Shown here piece after piece: positions 1-8,300 of a stretch of 64,000 nt of DNA; positions within the stretch are counted from its first letter, which is position 1, and every line of letters starts with the position of its first letter. The position numbers and the translations under genes were made by a program. The notes beneath the pieces are model-generated. The model was not told where the DNA came from. It did not search any database and saw only the letters and a list, made by a program, of their open reading frames with translations. Source of the stretch: an uncultured virus (IMG/VR IMGVR_UViG_2860903427_000006) (Duplodnaviria; Heunggongvirae; Uroviricota; Caudoviricetes); IMG/VR virus record IMGVR_UViG_2860903427_000006, positions 1 to 64,000 of that record; one strand, written 5' to 3'.

Positions 1-149
1 ATGTTCACCGCCTTCGCCTTCCGCGGCCGCCAACCTTATACCGTTCGCCGGAACACAGCCCAGGGCGCGACCTTGCGCCCGAAACTGGCGAACCGGCCGG
101 ATGCGCCGGCTTCCGCCGGGAAGTCCTGAACTGCGGAGCGTCTACGGCC

Positions 150-371
150 TCATTGGCAACGGATCACGCCGCTGGCGATTTCGTCGTCGATGGAGCGCAG
201 CGCATCGGCATCCTGGTGCATCTGCTCGATCACCTCGAGCAGGCGCTGCGCCAGCTTCGGATCGTTCGCCCGCTCGACGGCGCGCATGACCTCGACCGCA
301 GCCGATTCATGATTGTTCGCCATCTGCTTGAGAGCCTTGCGCAAGCGCTGCTCGGTCCATTTCATCGACAT
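150..371 (-). CDS. host hypothetical protein (73 aa, helical)
   Basis: Clean ORF with typical high-GC codon use, outside the att site. Confidence 0.55.
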   Translation of the reverse strand: MSMKWTEQRLRKALKQMANNHESAAVEVMRAVERANDPKLAQRLLEVIEQMHQDADALRSIDDEIASGVIRCQ

Positions 372-519
372 GTCGCTTCACCCAGACTGCATATACGGAC
401 CCGCCAGGAACGACGGGCTCGCTTAAGAGCGCCGGAGCTGGAACAAGTTCAACCTGCCGTCGCCCCATGAGGGCGGGTTGGGTGCCGGAAAGGCAAGCGG
501 AGAAGAGATCGAGAAGCGC

Positions 520-549
520 AAACGAAAACGCCAGGCACAAGGCCTGGCG
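520..549 (-). terminator. intrinsic terminator after tRNA-His
   Basis: Minus strand CGCCAGGC-CTTGT-GCCTGGCG followed by TTTTCGTTT. Confidence 0.75.
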
Positions 550-559
550 CTTCGAAATA

Positions 560-636
560 TGGGGTGGACGATGGGAATCGAACCCACGACACCAGGAGCC
601 ACAATCCTGTGCTCTACCAACTGAGCTACGCCCACC
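560..636 (-). tRNA. tRNA-His (GTG)
   Basis: Minus strand GGTGGGCGTAGCTCAGTTGGTAGAGC...TTGTGGC...GGTTCGATTCCC...CCA: full cloverleaf, GTG anticodon, encoded CCA. Confidence 0.97.
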
Positions 637-701
637 ATATCGTGAATCGTGCCGGACGTTCCGGCTTCAACCGCAGCGGCCGGACAAGCCGAGCCTGAAG
701 G

Positions 702-718
702 TGGTGCGGACGGAGAGA
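702..718 (-). other. prophage att core = duplicated 3' end of tRNA-Leu
   Basis: Minus strand TCTCTCCGTCCGCACCA, a CCA-ending tRNA 3' end recognised as tRNA-Leu(TAG); no rest of the tRNA is present and AT-rich phage DNA begins immediately. Confidence 0.85.
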
Positions 719-733
719 ACCAAACCGAGCGCC

Positions 734-746
734 TAACACCTTGATT
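734..746 (-). promoter_or_regulatory. IHF-binding site
   Basis: Minus strand AATCAAGGTGTTA matches WATCAANNNNTTR, between att core and arm repeats. Confidence 0.65.
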
Positions 747-777
747 TTTAAAGCGAAAAAGAATTTATCAAATGAAC

Positions 778-798
778 AATGTACTAGTCAATGTACTA
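778..798 (+). repeat. integrase arm-type sites (AATGTACTA x2, 12-bp period)
   Basis: Same motif recurs beside the integrase start (63861-63869 inverted; 63889-63897; 63901-63909). Confidence 0.75.
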
Positions 799-906
799 TT
801 TCATTTTGGCTGCGAAATTCTACCTTTAACACGCAGAAACTGCTATTGCACGGGACTGCTTTCATCGTGACCCCGGGCCGATCCATTCGTCGGCCAGTCA
901 CATACA

Positions 907-922
907 CTGTATATTCATACAG
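907..922. promoter_or_regulatory. LexA (SOS) box
   Basis: CTGTATATTCATACAG = CTG-N10-CAG with AT-rich core, 36 bp upstream of ORF 959. Confidence 0.85.
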
Positions 923-958
923 CATAATTTCCGGCCCACCCGACCGCCGGAGATTTCC

Positions 959-1474
959 ATGTCCTACTCCGATCCCCGTATCTGCCATCACCGGCGCGTC
1001 ACCCAATGGCTCGCTGCGATCCGACAGCACGCCGCATGGCTGTATGCCGCTGATGAGCAGTACCTGTATCTGGTGGCCGAGGCAAACGAACTCTATCAGT
1101 GCGGGGTGATAGGACTGCAAGACAGGCACGACATGGTCACAGACGCCCTCGGCATGTACTCCTGGGCGATCGAGCACGGCATCACGCGCGAGACGCACTA
1201 CTGCTCGGACTGCTGCTACGACGTGCTCGACGGCGGCGTCGTCGTCGGGAGCGTGGACGACGAGGGCATCTACCACGGGCCCGCACCCGCACGACAGCGG
1301 CTGGGCTACCTCGGCCGGGATCCCCTGGACGGGATAACATACTTGCGCCTGGGCCAGGCGCTTGAGCGCGCCGGCGTTGTGCGCGGTCTGGAGATCGAAC
1401 TCGACGCAGGCGGGACGCTGCTGCTTGTCGAGCAGATCCCCAGCGACTTCCGGCCGTGGCGTTGGCCGCCATAG
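959..1474 (+). CDS. hypothetical protein, probably SOS-induced
   Basis: 171-aa ORF with GGAGA RBS directly after the LexA box. Confidence 0.75.
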   Translation: MSYSDPRICHHRRVTQWLAAIRQHAAWLYAADEQYLYLVAEANELYQCGVIGLQDRHDMVTDALGMYSWAIEHGITRETHYCSDCCYDVLDGGVVVGSVDDEGIYHGPAPARQRLGYLGRDPLDGITYLRLGQALERAGVVRGLEIELDAGGTLLLVEQIPSDFRPWRWPP

Positions 1475-1667
1475 CCCCTCTCCGGCGATAGCCCATACCG
1501 CGCCGCTTCGCTTGCCTCAAAGCGAAACATGTCTAGCCTTATCTGGGTGACTTTCTCCTATGGTCACGGAGACTCCAGGAGCTGCCCAACCTCCCGGAGT
1601 CTCCACTTTCTGCTGCTTCCCCTCTTTGCAATCAGCAGCTCATCGCAGGTCACAACGAGGGTATTTC

Positions 1668-1760
1668 ATGAAGATCAGTTTCATTGCCATAGGCATGCTG
1701 CTCGCGGCAGGTATAGCGATGTGCGTCTATCTGGTCATGAAGGCTGCGTCTACTGTGTGA
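1668..1760 (+). CDS. 30-aa single-TM membrane peptide
   Basis: MKISFIAIGMLLAAGIAMCVYLVMKAASTV; GAGGG RBS; ends 9 nt before the SRAP start. Confidence 0.5.
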   Translation: MKISFIAIGMLLAAGIAMCVYLVMKAASTV

Positions 1761-1769
1761 GGCACCATA

Positions 1770-2459
1770 ATGTGCGGAAGGCTCAGCCAGTACACCGGGC
1801 TGCACGAGTTCGTCGACGCGCTGTCGATGCCGGCCATGCTGGCCGACCTGGTCGGCGAACAGCCACAGCGCTACAACGTCGCGCCGTCGACGGCAGTGAC
1901 GACGCTCAGATTGGAAGGGGACGCCCTGGTCGCCCAGGCGATCAGATGGGGATGGAGGCCGTTCTGGGCCCGTGATCGCGCGGCGCCGATCAACGCCCGG
2001 GCGGAGAAGGTCGCAACGAGCCGGTTCTACAGCTCAGCGTGGAAGCACAGAGCACTGACGCCGGTCAGCGGCTGGTTCGAGTGGGTCGATGAAGGCGGCG
2101 GCACGCGGAAACAGCCGTATCACATCCAGCACGCCGACGGCTCACCAATCCTCTGCGCCGCGATCGGCCAGTTCCCCGGGCTCGATGATGAGCAGGCCGA
2201 GCAGCATGGGTTCGTGATCATTACCGCGGACGCCGAGGGCGGCATGGTCGACATCCACGATCGGCGTCCTGTTGTGCTGTCACCCGAACTGGCACGCGAG
2301 TGGCTGGACCCTGCGACGCCGCCGGAGCGCGCAGAGCAGATCGTGCTCCACCAGGGCGAGCCGAGCGAGGCGTTCACCTGGTACGCGGTCGACCCAGCAG
2401 TTGGGAACGTCCGAAACCAGGGCGCCCATCTGATCGAGCCTCAGCGCTCCGCTTCGTAG
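1770..2459 (+). CDS. SOS response-associated peptidase (SRAP/YedK/HMCES family)
   Basis: N-terminal MCGR, YNVAP, WG...INARAE, FEW, IHDRRPV motifs. Confidence 0.95.
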   Translation: MCGRLSQYTGLHEFVDALSMPAMLADLVGEQPQRYNVAPSTAVTTLRLEGDALVAQAIRWGWRPFWARDRAAPINARAEKVATSRFYSSAWKHRALTPVSGWFEWVDEGGGTRKQPYHIQHADGSPILCAAIGQFPGLDDEQAEQHGFVIITADAEGGMVDIHDRRPVVLSPELAREWLDPATPPERAEQIVLHQGEPSEAFTWYAVDPAVGNVRNQGAHLIEPQRSAS

Positions 2460-2713
2460 GCTGCTACGCCTGCGCCGACGGCGATCCATCCATCTGGCGA
2501 GTGCGCGGTGTCGCAGATCGATACGTCCACCGTCTGGCCTTCCTTGGGCTCGGCTGGAAGGATCGCCGCAGTACGCCGCAGGTCGTTTGAGGACGGCGCG
2601 AACGTGCTTTCCGAGCAGTGGAATGCCCATATCCCGTGTTTTCCGGAACTGCCTATCTGCCTATCGAGCTTCAGCGTCCACTTCCCCGCCAATCGAATCA
2701 CCAGCATCACCAA
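2441..2713 (-). CDS. hypothetical protein (90 aa)
   Basis: ORF with GGAG RBS, downstream of the DUF4124-like gene. Confidence 0.55.
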   Translation of the reverse strand: MVMLVIRLAGKWTLKLDRQIGSSGKHGIWAFHCSESTFAPSSNDLRRTAAILPAEPKEGQTVDVSICDTAHSPDGWIAVGAGVAAYEAER

Positions 2714-2744
2714 GCTCCGTAGGAAAAGGCCGTAGTCTACAACT

Positions 2745-3239
2745 TCAGGGGCACACCATGTTCCCGCCTACGAACTCGCACGCCGGCCCACCATTCGCTG
2801 GGAAGTGAGTATTTCCAGCGCCTCGGTTGTACCGGACGCCGTTGCTATCCCAGCACCCGCCAGGATCGCAATTCGTAATCACGCCAGGTGCTTGCCGAGC
2901 CGCTGGCGCCGGCAGGACTTGCCGTGGCCTGCCATCAGTTTTCCCCGCCCGGGCTGGGGGTTCCTCACCGCCGACGACAGTAACCCGAACGCCAGGAGAG
3001 CCGCCCCTGCTTCGTTCCGGCCGCTGCTCGCGGTACTGGGTGCTGTCGAGGGTGTTCGCGGGGGCGACATCAATGGCCGAGGACGAGTGACCGTCCGCGC
3101 AACCTTGATCCGAAAATGTGACCTTTCCAGCGGCATCGACGCATCGGTATACCTGAGCTGCCGAAGCTGAAGGGAAAGACAGCAAAGCGAGCACGGCAAG
3201 TGAGGCCGTTGCTCGATAGAAACCCTTGAGGTGCTGCAT
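2745..3239 (-). CDS. exported DUF4124-like protein (moron)
   Basis: Signal peptide (ASA-AQ), VYRCVDAAGKVTFSDQGC motif, Cys-paired C-terminal domain; AAAGGAAG RBS. Confidence 0.8.
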   Translation of the reverse strand: MQHLKGFYRATASLAVLALLSFPSASAAQVYRCVDAAGKVTFSDQGCADGHSSSAIDVAPANTLDSTQYREQRPERSRGGSPGVRVTVVGGEEPPARAGKTDGRPRQVLPAPAARQAPGVITNCDPGGCWDSNGVRYNRGAGNTHFPANGGPACEFVGGNMVCP

Positions 3240-3315
3240 GACCAACTTCCTTTGGTTGAAGCTCCGTACGTATCAAGCGTACCAGCATCAGCCATGCAGC
3301 GCTGTGACGACAGCC

Positions 3316-3909
3316 TTATGGCGCTGCGGATTCCAGCGCCTTGATTCGGGTGGAAAGCGCGGTAAATGCAGTTTGCAGATCCGGTGCTGCCGCCAGGCCG
3401 CTACCAGCGTCTTCGGCGATTGCATGGTTGTGGTTGCCAGCCGCCGCGGTAGTAGCGGTTGTACCGATCGCAAGGCTGGATGTTCCCGCGCCAATAGCCC
3501 CCCTTGCTGTCGCGGCATCAGTACCAGCCGCAATAACCGCCGGTTTCCCTGTCACATCCCCCCAGGCAGGCGCATAGTCTCCCGCTTTGGCGGTGGTTGC
3601 GGTGGTGCCCAACTGCAGATTGGAAGTGCCGGCCCCGATTGCTGCACGCCCATCGCCATCGTTGACGGCAGTCAGCAGAGATTTGCCGATGGCGGAAGCA
3701 TCGGTGATGTCGTCCACCACGATGGTGACAGGGCCAGTGCCACTACCATCCGGCGTACCCTTGACCAGAGCCTGGTAGACGGCCTTGTCGTCGGGGTAGA
3801 GCAGGATAGGCGCACCGAGCGGCTGCCAGCCATCGGCGATGGCCTCGGTCATGAAGCGCTCGATCTGGTCGATAGGTGCCTTGAGCACCCGATATGCGGT
3901 GTAGGCCAT
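3316..3909 (-). CDS. DUF1737-like N-terminus plus fibre-like repeats
   Basis: AIADGWQPLGAP motif; two AIGAGTS.L..GTTATTA.AG repeats; GGAGG RBS. Confidence 0.7.
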   Translation of the reverse strand: MAYTAYRVLKAPIDQIERFMTEAIADGWQPLGAPILLYPDDKAVYQALVKGTPDGSGTGPVTIVVDDITDASAIGKSLLTAVNDGDGRAAIGAGTSNLQLGTTATTAKAGDYAPAWGDVTGKPAVIAAGTDAATARGAIGAGTSSLAIGTTATTAAAGNHNHAIAEDAGSGLAAAPDLQTAFTALSTRIKALESAAP

Positions 3910-3919
3910 GGTTTCCTCC

Positions 3920-4438
3920 CTACAGGGTCGGCTCTTGGGGGATCAACCGGGCGCGACACGAGTTGTAGGCCGCGCTCAGGGTTTCGACTTCGCTCAGGGA
4001 GTCGTTAAAGCGTCGAGAATTTTCTTCCGGTAGTAGCCCGTAGGCCGAGGCGGCGTCTCCTGCACCAGCTTCGGCGGTGCCGGCTGCGTCACCTGCGGCG
4101 CCACCACTACAGCCCCCACCTGCGGCGGGGACGATGCGCACGCGCACAGGGCGGTCGCGCAGCTCACCAGCAAGGCGAGCGATTTCAGCCTGAGCATCGT
4201 TGTCCTTCCTCTCTTGGTCGGCAGCGGCCTTATTGAGCGCTGCCTGTTTCATGTCGCGCTGCGCGGTCAGCTCGGCCAGCTTGGCGTCAGTCTCGGCGTT
4301 CTGCCGCTCCACCTGGTCGCTCAGCGACTTCAGGTTGGCGGTGGCGTCCTGGTACAGGTGCCGATAGGTCAGCGTGCTGGCCACCAGGCCAGCCAGCGCT
4401 ATCGCAGCCAGGACGGCGCCCAGCTCGCGGGCGGTCAT
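3920..4438 (-). CDS. Rz-like inner-membrane spanin
   Basis: N-terminal TM plus coiled coil; follows the endolysin; contains an embedded lipoprotein ORF. Confidence 0.85.
   Translation of the reverse strand: MTARELGAVLAAIALAGLVASTLTYRHLYQDATANLKSLSDQVERQNAETDAKLAELTAQRDMKQAALNKAAADQERKDNDAQAEIARLAGELRDRPVRVRIVPAAGGGCSGGAAGDAAGTAEAGAGDAASAYGLLPEENSRRFNDSLSEVETLSAAYNSCRARLIPQEPTL
3994..4197 (-). CDS. Rz1-like outer-membrane spanin (embedded in Rz)
   Basis: Signal peptide with lipobox LCAC, Pro-rich mature part, alternate frame inside Rz. Confidence 0.8.
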   Translation of the reverse strand: MLRLKSLALLVSCATALCACASSPPQVGAVVVAPQVTQPAPPKLVQETPPRPTGYYRKKILDALTTP

Positions 4439-4968
4439 TGCGGCACCTGCACGGCGATGCATTGCGCATGCCGCTCCTGCTGTCTGGTCCACACACCTTT
4501 GCAGCCCTTCGGCCCCCAGTTCTTCGGCAGCGAGCAGTCGCGGCCTGCCTGGTTGCGCCACTTCAGCAGGTCGTCGCACGCCTGCCGGTAGTTGCCGGCG
4601 AGCAAGTCGCGGCGCATCGAGCTACCGCGCCAGTTGGTGATGCCGAACTGGCCCGTGAAATCCAGGTACAGGTCATACTCTTCCTGGAACAGCTTCACGC
4701 CGGGCAGCGAGTCGCGGAACTGCTGTTCGTCCTTCGCCATCAGGCTGCGCGCCAGTTGTTCGCCGCGCTGGCGGGTGATCGGCGGATCGGTCAGCTTCAC
4801 CGATTGGCCATTCTCGTAGCGGGTGGAGCCGTAACCGATGGTCGGAACGTCACCCTTGGTCGGCACGTATGGTTTCGCGCTGAAATCCTCCGACTTCATC
4901 CAGGCGCCGAAGCCGGCCAGGCTGACGGTCAGCGCGGCAACCAGCACGCGGTTACGGCTGTTCGACAT
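4435..4968 (-). CDS. endolysin, GH24 phage lysozyme with SAR-like N-terminus
   Basis: VLVAALTVSLAGFGAW then E...D VPTIGYGST; C-terminal GVWTRQQERHAQC. Confidence 0.9.
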   Translation of the reverse strand: MSNSRNRVLVAALTVSLAGFGAWMKSEDFSAKPYVPTKGDVPTIGYGSTRYENGQSVKLTDPPITRQRGEQLARSLMAKDEQQFRDSLPGVKLFQEEYDLYLDFTGQFGITNWRGSSMRRDLLAGNYRQACDDLLKWRNQAGRDCSLPKNWGPKGCKGVWTRQQERHAQCIAVQVPQ

Positions 4969-5209
4969 CGCAACGCCCCCGGATGGCCTCGATGCGGGCA
5001 GCGCTCTCGGCTGATTCGCGGCGGTCGCGGCGAACCTGGAAATAGATATTGGCCAGCAGACCGATGACGGCGACCAGCACGCCGACCAGCCCCACCCAGT
5101 TGATCTGCGCCAGCCAGCCCAACGCGCCCGCAAGGGCGCCAGCCAGCGTGGTCTTGTTGGCCACCGAAACGCCCACCACCTCTACCGCCATTCCGGCCCT
5201 CTCCGACAT
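4952..5209 (-). CDS. holin
   Basis: Two TM segments, basic C-terminus, immediately upstream of the endolysin. Confidence 0.85.
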   Translation of the reverse strand: MSERAGMAVEVVGVSVANKTTLAGALAGALGWLAQINWVGLVGVLVAVIGLLANIYFQVRRDRRESAESAARIEAIRGRCDVEQP

Positions 5210-5288
5210 AACTCCATCCTCCAAAGGCCGGGGCATCACGCCCCGGCTTCTTGGGCAGGTAGTTTTCGGTACATCCAGAGAACGGCAA

Positions 5289-5302
5289 ATCCTTACAGGG
5301 GG
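5289..5302 (-). promoter_or_regulatory. late-promoter motif (lysis cassette)
   Basis: CCCCCTGTAAGGAT; -10-like AAAACT 24 nt after the GTAAGG core. Confidence 0.65.
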
Positions 5303-5303
5303 T

Positions 5304-8300
5304 TCAGTCCAGCGTTGCGCGGGTGCGCTCCAGATCCTCTCGCATCTGCTGCCGCATCGCTTTCGGTGCGGTCTTCGCTATCCGTTCGTCCTTCGATAGC
5401 GACATTTCGCGGACTCGTCGCATGATGTCTGGCACTCGGATGGCCATTGGCTGGTCAGGGTTGCGCCGATTCCAGTCGGCTATTGCTTGCCGCGCGCGCT
5501 CAACCTTGCCCTGGTCTTTCTCGAAGATGCCGGCCGCCCACATGCTGCGAATTTCCTGGGCTTTCAAGTTGTAGAAGGCCTTTGCTTTCTGGTTGAGCAT
5601 GTTGGCCCCTTGGATAGTGGCTACGCTGGCCGGCTGGAAGCCGATGGACTTCATAGCGGCCTCGAGCACGTTGGTGTCGAGCACCTTGTAGCCCTTGGCG
5701 TCCCTGTACATGCCAGTGGCCAGCATATCCACGCCTTTGGCCGCATTTCGCACCGCGCCCGGCGACATCTCCAGGATACCGCTGCCGATATCACCTCCCA
5801 GCACCTTGCGAGTACCACTCGCTATTCGGCTGGCAAAGTCTCCCATCGGGCCAGCTATTTCCAGGACGTCTCGCGTATGGCTGGTCTTTTCAGTTAGCAG
5901 ACCGGTTCCGGGTATCAGGTTCCCCATACCCAGCCGGCCCGATACATCGAGCGGAGCCCCAGGCAGCCCGGACACCCCGCGATCAATGAAGTCGGCAAGC
6001 ACCCGACCGAACAGACTTTCCAGAAACTCCTGTTTGGCCTTCGCGGTAGAAAAGTTGTAGCCCATGAGTTGCGCCGCACCGTCGATCAGGTCTTCGGCGT
6101 CTTCGGCGAACGGCAAGCCACCGGCGCCGCCGACGAGCAGCAGCATGCCGATCATCAGGGCAGCAGCCTTCCGACCGTCCTTGCGCTCCTGCGAACCAGG
6201 CTCACCCTGATTCCACAAGCGATGCATCAGCTCAAGATAGGCCACGCTGTACGTCTTGAAGGTCATCAAGGTGCCGCCGACGGCACCACGCCCCCAGCGC
6301 ATCTTGCTGGCCTTGGAGTATACGAACTGCGTCTCGCGCACGGCCCGGCGCGCGAACTCATCAGGATTGGCCATGTTCTGCGCTTTGGCGATGCGATACG
6401 ACGCGATGTAGGTCATGCGGCGGTTGATCTGCTCTGCGGCGCCGAACAACTTGCCCCAGGCCATCGACAGGCGCGCCACGCTGTTGGACGCAAGTGCTCG
6501 AGCATCACCCAAGCGCGTCCCGTCCCCCGCGCGCAGCGAGCCGCTGCCGCGGGCCTGCGCCATCAACTGGTGGACCTCCTGCGGGGACACCACCCCATCA
6601 TCCTCGGCGCGCTTTAATGCCCGGGCCAGGTCCGGCTCGAACTGATAGGACCGATGCGCCATCTGACGTGCTGCACGCCCCAGTTCCGTCGCAGCGCGCT
6701 TCACCCCGCAATACTGACTCAGCCAGGGAAAAGTCACTTGGACCGGTTGGGTCATGTTGACGAAGGCAGACGCGACGGAGCCGCCGAGGTACTGTGCAAA
6801 CAGCAGTCCGCGCACCGCCTGCCCCTCCTCTTGCGGGTTCTTGATGTAGTCGGCCAGCCGTACCGCGGCGTCCTTCAGTTCGCCCTGCGCCTGCGGGATG
6901 CCGTTCACAGCCTCGGAAAGGTCGCCCATGTGCAGGCCGGCGGCGGTTTGCCGCGCATTGGAGTATACGAACGAAGCCAGTACCCGCCCTACGTCCTCGC
7001 TATAACCAGCGATGCCCTTTCGGTGAATAAGCCGGCGCATTGCGCTGCGGTTGGTCTTTGTCAGGCGCAGGTAGTCTTGGAAAGCCTGATCACGTGCGCT
7101 ATCGCCCTGTGAGTCGAAACCGAGGGCGTTGCCGAACAGTTCCAGCGTTTCCGGTGTGATGCCAGCGAATAGCTTGTACGCTTCCTCGGACAGGGTGCCC
7201 TGGCTCACGGTGGCGCCAGGAAACGCGCCACGCATCTGCTCGGCCATCTGGTTGGCCTCGCGCTTCGTCTCGAACAGGCTGAAGTATTCACGCTGACCGT
7301 CCTGACCCACCACGTCCACTGTGTACTTGCCGAAGCGCGACAGCGGTGCATAGCCCTCGCCCTGCAACTGGGCGACCTTCTCGGCGCGATCCGTCATGCC
7401 GTGTGCCAGGTTCAGCAGGTTCGTGGCGCGTTCCGGCCATGCATCAGCCATCTGCGCCAGGTGGTCGCGCAGTATCGCGGCGCCCTCCTGCGCATCGGCC
7501 GCGTCCATCACCTGGTCGCGCAGTTCCTTCACATCCTCGCCGCCGAAGCGCAGCATGTCGGCGCGGGCCATGGTGTCCAGGCTACGGTCGGTGGCGGCGC
7601 GGAACTCGCGGTACAGCGCGACCTGAGCATCGTTGAGCTTCCATATGTCGCGCAGCTCAGCGTCGGTCCAGACGATGCCTGCCTTGAGCATCTGCGACTC
7701 GTAGCGGCTGTCGATCATCTTGGCGAACTGCTCGGGGCTCAGGCCGCGCCAGGCGCGCAGCAGTCCCTCGGGAATCTTGCCCTGCTTCCGCAGGATGTCC
7801 GCCTTCTCGTCGGCCGTCAGACGCATGGCGCGCTCAGCCAGCGAATCGACGCGCACCGGCTTGCCGTCCACGTCGCGCGCCCACATCAGCGTGCCCTCGA
7901 ATACCGGCTTGGCCACCGCCTTGTTGTCCTCAGCGCCCACCGGGGTCTTTGCGATGTCGCGCCAGGTTTCCAGCTTCGGCAGCAGTTTCGGCGCCAGATC
8001 AGCCGCATCGCTGGCGTAATAACTCACGTCATCGATAAATCCTTGCGCCGACTCGAAGACCGGTTTGAATGCCGGGGAACGCTCTGCGAGGTTGTACATG
8101 GTGCCGATGGTCTTGTGCCACCAGGACAGGCCTCCCGGAGCGCTGAAGGTCTTGTTCAGTTCGGCGGTAGCCTTGCTGGTGAGTTCGCGCAGACCGGAGC
8201 GACTGAACTGCGGACCTTCGGGTTCATTCAGGCTTGCGGTCAGCAGCCGCTGGAGTACACTGGCTACGTCTCCTGAACTGGACGAGCCGGAAGGCTGCAC

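Noticed and set aside
702..718. tRNA-Leu gene
   Set aside because: Only the last 17 nt are present; it is the att duplicate
423..736. ORFs 423-638 and 467-736
   Set aside because: They overlap the tRNA-His and att site; spurious
3918..3927. CCCTGTAGGG as a fifth late-promoter motif
   Set aside because: Explained by the Rz stop codon plus the next RBS; no room for a -10 before the ATG
6184..6193. CGCAGGAGCG, and GCGCAGGAG near 7490, resembling the AGGA hairpin
   Set aside because: Deep inside the giant ORF, explained by Gln-Glu codons, not the full 12-mer and not near a start
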